A stretch of 14,457 nucleotides of DNA from contig JAGGVJ010000002.1 in the NCBI GenBank assembly GCA_021158055.1, positions 1 to 14,457 of the forward strand, given 5' to 3'. Both the position numbers and the translations under genes were made by a program. The notes beneath the pieces are model-generated. The model was not told where the DNA came from and did no database searches. It saw only the letters and a list, made by a program, of their open reading frames with translations. This document shows positions 8,645 to 14,457 of this stretch, one piece after another; the stretch's first letter is position 1; each line of letters starts with the position of its first letter. Source of the stretch: Candidatus Iainarchaeum sp. (GTDB lineage: Archaea; Iainarchaeota; Iainarchaeia; JAGGVJ01).

Positions 8645-8823
8645 TTTTTCCTCTCCTTCAAACTGATTGCGCCAACCGGACACAATTTAACGCAAATCCC
8701 GCAGTCAATACATTTTTCATTTACATCAACCCAGGTTTCCTTCAGATTAAGAGCAACCCTCGGGCAGACACTGACACACGCACCGCAATACATACATTTT
8801 TTTCTATCAATTTTAACAACCAT
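8641..8823 (-). CDS. 2x[4Fe-4S] ferredoxin, likely electron donor of GGR
   Basis: Motifs CMYCGACVSVCP and CIDCGICVKLCP. AGGTGA SD. Translationally coupled to ggr. Confidence 0.95.
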   Translation of the reverse strand: MVVKIDRKKCMYCGACVSVCPRVALNLKETWVDVNEKCIDCGICVKLCPVGAISLKERKK

Positions 8824-9060
8824 AATCTCACCTGATTATCTCGCCTGAATTATAGAATCACTTGAACTACAAAACAATTTTTCAAAAAATGATTACAATA
8901 GAATTATCAATTACATAATCTAAAAAGACATATGTTGACAACACAATATAATCTGCTTTTTTATGCTTAATAATATGCCTAAAACAACTGCTGAAACAAC
9001 AAACACTAACTTTCAACCAGTTGGCACTAAATAAAAAAGTTCTTTTTTTCTCAAAAAAAG

Positions 9061-9252
9061 TCAGTCAACTGCTTTTTCCACTAAATCCTGCCTTTCAGTG
9101 TGCACGTTTTCACGCGTTCTTGACTCCACGCCTCGCAAGCGCTCTTCCAAGTGATTTATCTTCATTGCAAAAAACCTGAACAACAGGACAATCAACACCA
9201 GAAGAAGCAAATTGAAAAACATGCTTATTGCTGAAAAATCTTCAAAAACCAT
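9061..9252 (-). CDS. Small single-TM hypothetical protein with a short coiled-coil tail
   Basis: AGGTGA SD upstream of ATG 9252. Hydrophobic segment FFNLLLLVLIVLLFRFFAM followed by a heptad-like INHLEERLRGVE. T7 tract right after the stop. Confidence 0.75.
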   Translation of the reverse strand: MVFEDFSAISMFFNLLLLVLIVLLFRFFAMKINHLEERLRGVESRTRENVHTERQDLVEKAVD

Positions 9253-9287
9253 TCACATCACCTTCCGCCAATCACAAACTGCTAAAA

Positions 9288-10748
9288 CTAAAGCTGGGAA
9301 TAATTCCCGTCATTGAACTCATACAAATATTTCTTTATCTTGTGCCCATTGAAATTATACTTCTTTTTCACTGTTTCCTCTACGCCGTAAAACTCAAAGA
9401 AATCATTTGCCTGCAAATCAAAAATGAAAAACTTTTCCCGAAAGGTCGTTTCAACAAACGAATGCCGGGTGCCGTCGTCAAGCAGCACAGTCACCACCTT
9501 TGCGTTTTCATCCCCGATGCCTTTCAGAACAGAGCACAAAAGAATGCTTGCCTCTTCACTGCTCCCGATTTTTTTTGAAACCACTTCGTCCAAGGAGAGC
9601 CAAAAACTTGATTTCATGTCATGCGGCACAACAACAATGTTTGAACGCAACCAGTCAAACGCGCCTCGAGCAACCTTTAAGTATTCTGTTTCAAACTTGT
9701 AGCCCTCCACTCCCGACATGAACCGGGCAACAAGCGTCGCAACAACCTTATCTTTTGGATTTACCAGCGACTTCATCTGGGCCGACGTCTTTGACTCGCC
9801 TGACTCGACTGCGTCCGCGTAACGGTCAATTACTGTCTGGTACAATTTGTTTTTGCCTTCTGCTTCGGCCAGCTTTTCGGCTTCTTTTGAAAGCTGCTTG
9901 TTTTTATCTGAAATGTTCTTGATTTCTTCCTGCAAATCCTTGTTTTCTTTCTGCAGTCCGGCAAACTTTGACTGCTCTGAAGAAACAGCTGACTTTGATT
10001 CATTTACCTTGTACTTGTAACTTTCCATGAGTTCAGAGTACTCGTTTAATTTTTCCCTGAAAGAATCCCTTTCTTTTGCAATGACACTCACCTGGTTGGA
10101 AAGCAAACTCACCTGCTTGGACAAAGAATCGTTTTCAACCTGCATTGCAAGCACGTTCTTTGAAGACTCGTGAGTTGATTCTAACTCGCTTTTGCCTTTG
10201 TCTTCAAGAGCAGCAATCTTTGCTTCAAGCTGGCTTATGTACTCCTTGTATGACAACCCCTGTTTTTCAAGCGAACTGATTTTTTCCTGACTCTTTGAAA
10301 CCCCTGACTTCAACTCGGCAATAGTCAAAACCTGCTTCAAATCCAGGTTTGAGCCCTTATCCAAAAAAGTCTGCAAGTCCCTTAAATCATCCAGCTTTTT
10401 GGCAATCCTGTTTTCTATTTTGCGTTTTTCTTCAGCTATTGCGTTTTTTTGTTCAATAAACTGCCCGTCGGAAATCTTCCCGTCACGGTAAGAAACAGCA
10501 ATCAAGTCCATTTTCTTGTCCAGGTTGTTCTTTTCAATGTTAAGGGCATTTATCTCAGACCAGATGTCGTCTGAAACCCCTTTCAAAGCATTCCTGCTTC
10601 TTATTAAAAAATAAACACCAACGACAATCGCAACAAGGCCCAAAAAGATGATTCCGTAAATTAAAGTATCATCCAAGGGAATCGCCTCAAATATCCCTGT
10701 TCCCAAAATAATCTGTCCAGCCATATTCTCACTCAAAAATTCAACCAT
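9288..10748 (-). CDS. Membrane-anchored long coiled-coil protein with a C-terminal transglutaminase-like domain
   Basis: N-terminal TM (LIYGIIFLGLVAIVVGVYFLI) then RSR, a SHOCT-like YRDGKISDGQFIEQK segment, and a long K/E/S-rich heptad region. C-terminus AFDWLRSNI...FWLSLDEVV...GSSEEASILLCSVL...RHSFV...FIFD. Start is ATG 10748 or 10724. Confidence 0.8.
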   Translation of the reverse strand: MVEFLSENMAGQIILGTGIFEAIPLDDTLIYGIIFLGLVAIVVGVYFLIRSRNALKGVSDDIWSEINALNIEKNNLDKKMDLIAVSYRDGKISDGQFIEQKNAIAEEKRKIENRIAKKLDDLRDLQTFLDKGSNLDLKQVLTIAELKSGVSKSQEKISSLEKQGLSYKEYISQLEAKIAALEDKGKSELESTHESSKNVLAMQVENDSLSKQVSLLSNQVSVIAKERDSFREKLNEYSELMESYKYKVNESKSAVSSEQSKFAGLQKENKDLQEEIKNISDKNKQLSKEAEKLAEAEGKNKLYQTVIDRYADAVESGESKTSAQMKSLVNPKDKVVATLVARFMSGVEGYKFETEYLKVARGAFDWLRSNIVVVPHDMKSSFWLSLDEVVSKKIGSSEEASILLCSVLKGIGDENAKVVTVLLDDGTRHSFVETTFREKFFIFDLQANDFFEFYGVEETVKKKYNFNGHKIKKYLYEFNDGNYSQL

Positions 10749-10767
10749 AATCTCACTCAAAACTCAA
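10721..10767 (-). repeat. Imperfect 24-bp tandem duplication of the RBS and start codon
   Basis: CCATATTCTCACTCAAAAATTCAA (10721-10744) and CCATAATCTCACTCAAAACTCAA (10745-10767). On the minus strand each copy reads GAGTGAGA(T/A)TATGG. Confidence 0.8.
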
Positions 10768-10809
10768 TTATACGTCCATCCAATACACTAAAATAGTTAA
10801 CTCATTTTA

Positions 10810-10851
10810 ACCTTTTCGTAAGTCTCGTTGCGAAAGCCAAAGGTAGTTCAC
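10810..10851 (+). mobile_element. Putative IS200/IS605 (TnpB omegaRNA) right-end remnant: hairpin + GGTAGTTCAC
   Basis: TTTCGTAA-gtctcg-TTGCGAAA stem-loop (10814-10835) followed by GCCAAAGGTAGTTCAC. Shares its terminal 10-mer with 5542-5551 (-). Confidence 0.5.
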
Positions 10852-10968
10852 ACTACACAACAAACCAACTCTTTTTATACTTGTTTTCTTTTTCTTTTTA
10901 ATGAAAACAAAACAACAATCGTAAACACATTATCAAAATCCGAAAGACAAACACAAAAAGCTGAAAAC

Positions 10969-11991
10969 ATGAAAATACTTGTAACAGGCGGGACAGGGTT
11001 CATCGGAAAAGCAGTTGTAAAACGATTGTCTGCAAACGCAAAATACGAGCTTATACTCCTTGTAAGAAACCCGCACAAAACACAAAGCGCACCTGAAAAA
11101 ATAAAATTCATAAAAACAGACCTTTTGGACCCGGACCTAGAAGAAAAAATCCCGAAATGCGATTGCGTCGTCCACATGGCCGGATCCATTGACGAACACG
11201 ACACCTCCCTTTTTGAAACCAATGTCGGCGGGACAAGAAACCTTTTAAAGGCATGCGAAGGAAAAACAAAGCAAATAGTTTTTATGAGCACTGCGGGAGT
11301 GCACGGAGAAAGCAAGGGCCAGACAAACGAAAAATCACATTTTTCCCCGCAAACGCTGTACGAAAAAAGCAAGCTTTACTCTGAACTCGCAATCAGGCGC
11401 TCAAACATCCCGTTCACAATCCTTCGCCCGACACTTGTATTCGGCCCGAACAAGTACTGGGCGCAAATATTCAACCTTGCGAAAAAAAGATTCCCTGTGA
11501 TCGGCTCGGGAAAAAACATGTTCCACACCGTGTTTTTGGAAGACGTGGTGGACGCGATAGAAAACGCTGTGAAGCTTCCTGCAAAAAATCAGGAATATTT
11601 GATTGCAGGACCCGACCCCCACACATACCTTGAAACATACACGGAAATAGCTGCATTATTTCAACAGACGCCAGGGTCAAAACTGCCTGTTTTTATTGTG
11701 AAGATCCTTGCCTTTTTCTCGTCGCTTGCAGGGAAAAAAACCATTGTCTCAAAAGAGCACATAACGAGGCTCATCAGAAACAGGTACTATGACACCAGAA
11801 AAGCACAAAGGGAGCTTGCCTGGAAGCCAAAGACAAACCTGAAAGAAGGACTCGAAAAAACCCTTGAGGTCTTAAAAAAATATAAAAAAGTTGAGTTCAC
11901 AAGCCGAAAAGAACAAGCACAGCCCGCAAACAAAAAAGAACCGGGAAATTTGCCGGATTCCAGGCAAAAAAACAAAAAACCACCTGCCTGA
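10969..11991 (+). CDS. NAD-dependent epimerase/dehydratase (extended SDR family)
   Basis: Motifs MKILVTGGTGFIG, VVHMAG, TNVGGT, MSTAGVHG, YEKSK (YxxxK) and LRPTLVFGP. Start moved to ATG 10969. Lys/Pro-rich C-terminal tail. Substrate unknown. Confidence 0.9.
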   Translation: MKILVTGGTGFIGKAVVKRLSANAKYELILLVRNPHKTQSAPEKIKFIKTDLLDPDLEEKIPKCDCVVHMAGSIDEHDTSLFETNVGGTRNLLKACEGKTKQIVFMSTAGVHGESKGQTNEKSHFSPQTLYEKSKLYSELAIRRSNIPFTILRPTLVFGPNKYWAQIFNLAKKRFPVIGSGKNMFHTVFLEDVVDAIENAVKLPAKNQEYLIAGPDPHTYLETYTEIAALFQQTPGSKLPVFIVKILAFFSSLAGKKTIVSKEHITRLIRNRYYDTRKAQRELAWKPKTNLKEGLEKTLEVLKKYKKVEFTSRKEQAQPANKKEPGNLPDSRQKNKKPPA

Positions 11992-12029
11992 CCCCCGTTT
12001 GATTCAACCGGTATAATTGACAGGCATAA

Positions 12030-12776
12030 TCATTTTGACTTTATCGCGGAAATCAGCTCGGAAAGATTTGCCCTTATCTCCTGCGGTTTTTCACCTAAGA
12101 GACCTGTAAGGATCATGTCCGCACCTGCCTCAACCTGCTGCCTTGCTTCCTGCGCAGAACTTATTCCCCCGCCGGTTAAAAGCGGAACACCGGTAACTTT
12201 CTTCACAGCACTGATAATTTCAGGTTCAAGAGGTGCGTTCACTCCAAACCCCGCGTCAAGATAAATAAGCGACTTCCCCGAATACTCTGAAAACAAAGCA
12301 TAAGAACGCACAATGTCAAGGTTTTGCCTTGGAATCGGTTTCGCATCCCCGATCCAGCTTGAAATCCCACCCGGCTCCATCACAATGTACGAAGTCGGAA
12401 TGGCATCTACCTCAAGCTCAAACACCGTGGGGGCACCGAGAGCCTGCGCTCCGGTAATCCAGTAAGTATTGTTGGAATTCACAAGAGTCATGAAAAAAAT
12501 AGCGTCAGCGTACTGGCTTACAGCGTTTGCGTTCCCGGGAAAAATAATCACAGGCAAACTGCATTGTTTTTTTATTTCAAGAACCAGCTCATCAAGGTCA
12601 GTCACGTGCACGTTCAAGGCACCGCCGAGAACAATGGCATCAGAACCGACTTCCTCAACTGCCTTCATTATTTCCGAAAGACATTTCGGGTTGTGCTTTT
12701 CAGGATCAAGGTAAGTGAAGTGAAGTTTTTGCGACCTGGCTTTTTCCATGAGGTCGTTCCAAACACCTTTTTTCAT
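12030..12776 (-). CDS. Geranylgeranylglyceryl phosphate synthase family (group II-like), paralog B, divergent
   Basis: Motifs HFTYLDPEK, FPGNANAVSQYADAIFFM, YWITGAQALGAP, EPGGISSWIGDAKPIPR, YLDAGFG, TGGGI and GADMILTG. ATGA overlap with paralog A. Confidence 0.9.
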   Translation of the reverse strand: MKKGVWNDLMEKARSQKLHFTYLDPEKHNPKCLSEIMKAVEEVGSDAIVLGGALNVHVTDLDELVLEIKKQCSLPVIIFPGNANAVSQYADAIFFMTLVNSNNTYWITGAQALGAPTVFELEVDAIPTSYIVMEPGGISSWIGDAKPIPRQNLDIVRSYALFSEYSGKSLIYLDAGFGVNAPLEPEIISAVKKVTGVPLLTGGGISSAQEARQQVEAGADMILTGLLGEKPQEIRANLSELISAIKSK

Positions 12777-13540
12777 ATCTTCTCCCTCCCGATTTTTTTG
12801 GTAAAAGACACGATTTCCTTTGCTTTTTCAAACGGGTTGTTTGACTTCTCAATCATTGAAGCAATGTGAATCCCGTCCGCCCCCGCCCGCACAGTGCGCT
12901 CAATGTCTTTCAGGTCCTTTGAGCTTCCCGCGCAAATTACAGGAATGTCAGTGCATGATTTTACGGCCGCAAACATTTCAGGCGTGGGAGGCGCCGGAGC
13001 ACCGCTTCCCGCTTCAAGAATGGTCATCCTGCTTCCGAGGTACTGCCCTGCAAGAGCATACGCCGCAGCCAGATCCGGCTTGTGCCTTGGAATCGGCCTT
13101 GCCTGGCCGACCCACCCCACGGTTTCACCCGGGTCGATTACAATCAGGGAAGTGGGAATCGGTTCAATCCCGAGCCTTTTTATGACCGGCGCCCCAAGCG
13201 CAGGCGCGCCGGTAATCCAATAAGGGTTCATTGAATTCATCAGGCTGTAATAATAAATCGCGTCAGCGTGAGTGGTTATTGTCCCCACGTTTCCGGGAAA
13301 CAAAAGAATCGGCAGATCAATCTCTTCCTTGATCAAACGTGCAATCTGTTCAAGAGGATACCCCTGCGCTCCAGTGGACCCGCCGATAAGAATCACATCT
13401 GCCCCGGCTTCATAAAACGCTTTGGAATTATCAAGCGCTCTTCTCGGCTCTCTTTTCGGGGGATCAATCAACCCGAAAAAACAAACCCCGTCGCTTTCAA
13501 TCACACTGTTTATATGTCTTTCAACTTTCCCGACTTTCAT
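12773..13540 (-). CDS. Geranylgeranylglyceryl phosphate synthase family (group II-like), paralog A, divergent
   Basis: Motifs LIDP, IGGST, LFPGN, LMNSMNPYWITGA, PGETVGWVG, PIPRHKPDLAAAYALAGQYLG and LEAGSGA. ATG 13540 (GTGA upstream) is preferred over TTG 13555. Confidence 0.92.
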   Translation of the reverse strand: MKVGKVERHINSVIESDGVCFFGLIDPPKREPRRALDNSKAFYEAGADVILIGGSTGAQGYPLEQIARLIKEEIDLPILLFPGNVGTITTHADAIYYYSLMNSMNPYWITGAPALGAPVIKRLGIEPIPTSLIVIDPGETVGWVGQARPIPRHKPDLAAAYALAGQYLGSRMTILEAGSGAPAPPTPEMFAAVKSCTDIPVICAGSSKDLKDIERTVRAGADGIHIASMIEKSNNPFEKAKEIVSFTKKIGREKI

Positions 13541-13564
13541 TAAATCACTAATCAAAAATTTTAA

Positions 13565-13623
13565 AAAAACATTAAAAACATTAAAAATCAGATAAAAAAT
13601 ATCTCAATAAAAAATATCTCAAT
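13565..13623. repeat. Short tandem duplications upstream of the GGGPS pair (9 bp x ~2.5 and 15 bp x 2)
   Basis: AAAAACATT units at 13565-13587. ATAAAAAATATCTCA at 13592-13606 and 13607-13621. Confidence 0.75.
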
Positions 13624-13814
13624 CAAACTTTCCGACTGCAAAATTCAAATGATTCGCTGTCTAATCAATCCTTACATCAATCAACTCTTGCATTACTCAG
13701 TTCTTACATATTACACAGTAAACTATTATAAAATTATCAGTCAAAAAGGGCAAGTTATTTCGTCAAAAGACGGAAACCAAATAACTGCAATGACATTCAA
13801 TAGATTAGAGCTAT

Positions 13815-14447
13815 TCAGAAAAACAAAAACGCTTTTTTAAGGTCTGACTTTGCGTTTCTGCTGACAGGACCGTGGCCCGGCAAAAGTGTTTCAAATCCAA
13901 GACCGGATATCTTTTCAAGCGACTTTTTCAGTTCATCCAGACTGCCACCATGCAAGTCAACCCTTCCGATGCTTCCCCCTGAAAACAACAAATCCCCGGA
14001 AAACAACAGCTTGTTTTTCCTGTCAAAAAACACAACGCTTCCCTTTGAGTGGCCTGGAGTGGAAAACACTTCAAGACTGATCTTTCCGCATTCAATGACA
14101 TCGCCGTCACCGATTTCCCTGTGCACCACAGGCATTACCGGTTCAAACTCACTGAAAAGAGACGCACAGGTATGCTCAGGAGTCAGGTTCCTTGCGTCCT
14201 CAACACCCATTGAAACTGATTTAAAGACGTGGTCGCATGCAATGTGGTCAAAATGATTGTGAGTGTTCAAGACAACATCTATTGAATCGCTGGTCAATCC
14301 GATGTCTGAAAGCGAATCAAGAAGGTTTTGCTTGTCAACGCCCGTGTCAATCAATATGTTTTGATCGCCGCTGCTCAAAAGATACACGTTCGAGCCGAAA
14401 CCCGACTCCTTCAAAACCCACACTCCTTCACACACTCTTTCAAACAA
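13815..14447 (-). CDS. MBL-fold metallo-hydrolase (glyoxalase II-like)
   Basis: Motifs SNVYLL, LIDTG, THNHFDH (HxHxDH), TPGHS, LFSGD, GRVD and PGHG. AGGTG SD at 14453-14457 before TTG 14447. Confidence 0.92.
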   Translation of the reverse strand: MFERVCEGVWVLKESGFGSNVYLLSSGDQNILIDTGVDKQNLLDSLSDIGLTSDSIDVVLNTHNHFDHIACDHVFKSVSMGVEDARNLTPEHTCASLFSEFEPVMPVVHREIGDGDVIECGKISLEVFSTPGHSKGSVVFFDRKNKLLFSGDLLFSGGSIGRVDLHGGSLDELKKSLEKISGLGFETLLPGHGPVSRNAKSDLKKAFLFF

Positions 14448-14457
14448 AAAAACACCT

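Noticed and set aside
8862-8870. GTAGTTCAA (minus strand) as a third IS200/IS605-like end
   Set aside because: Short match with no upstream hairpin, compatible with chance.
10828-10968. 47-aa N-terminal extension of the SDR in the ORF track
   Set aside because: The sequence is intergenic-like and contains the hairpin element and a TATA-like motif. The Rossmann fold starts at ATG 10969.
13815-14447. Beta-lactamase or defence nuclease
   Set aside because: A generic glyoxalase II-like MBL fold with no signal peptide, beta-CASP domain or defence context.

Overview
Archaeal chromosomal window with 17 CDSs. The gene set and a shortened RqcH suggest a DPANN-type lineage, but this is inference only. 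Much of it is isoprenoid ether-lipid metabolism: an HMG-CoA synthase/thiolase/DUF35 operon, a ferredoxin plus geranylgeranyl reductase pair, and two tandem, translationally coupled GGGP synthase paralogs. The rest is housekeeping or uncharacterised: Taw1, a class I aldolase, a PRC-barrel protein, a C-terminally short RqcH, an SDR, an MBL-fold hydrolase and a membrane-anchored coiled-coil protein with a transglutaminase-like domain. Two probable genes are missing from the ORF track: a partial secreted DUF2341 protein (<1..418, -) and a 49-aa two-TM microprotein (6050..6199, +). The most notable signals are: (i) the two GGGPS paralogs have lost different, largely complementary active-site motifs; (ii) two orphan IS200/IS605 (TnpB omegaRNA)-like right-end remnants ending in GGTAGTTCAC lie in divergent promoter regions; (iii) a 24-bp tandem array carries Fur-box-like dyads; (iv) the transglutaminase-like domain has Ser in place of the catalytic Cys. 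No rRNA, tRNA or CRISPR array was recognised.
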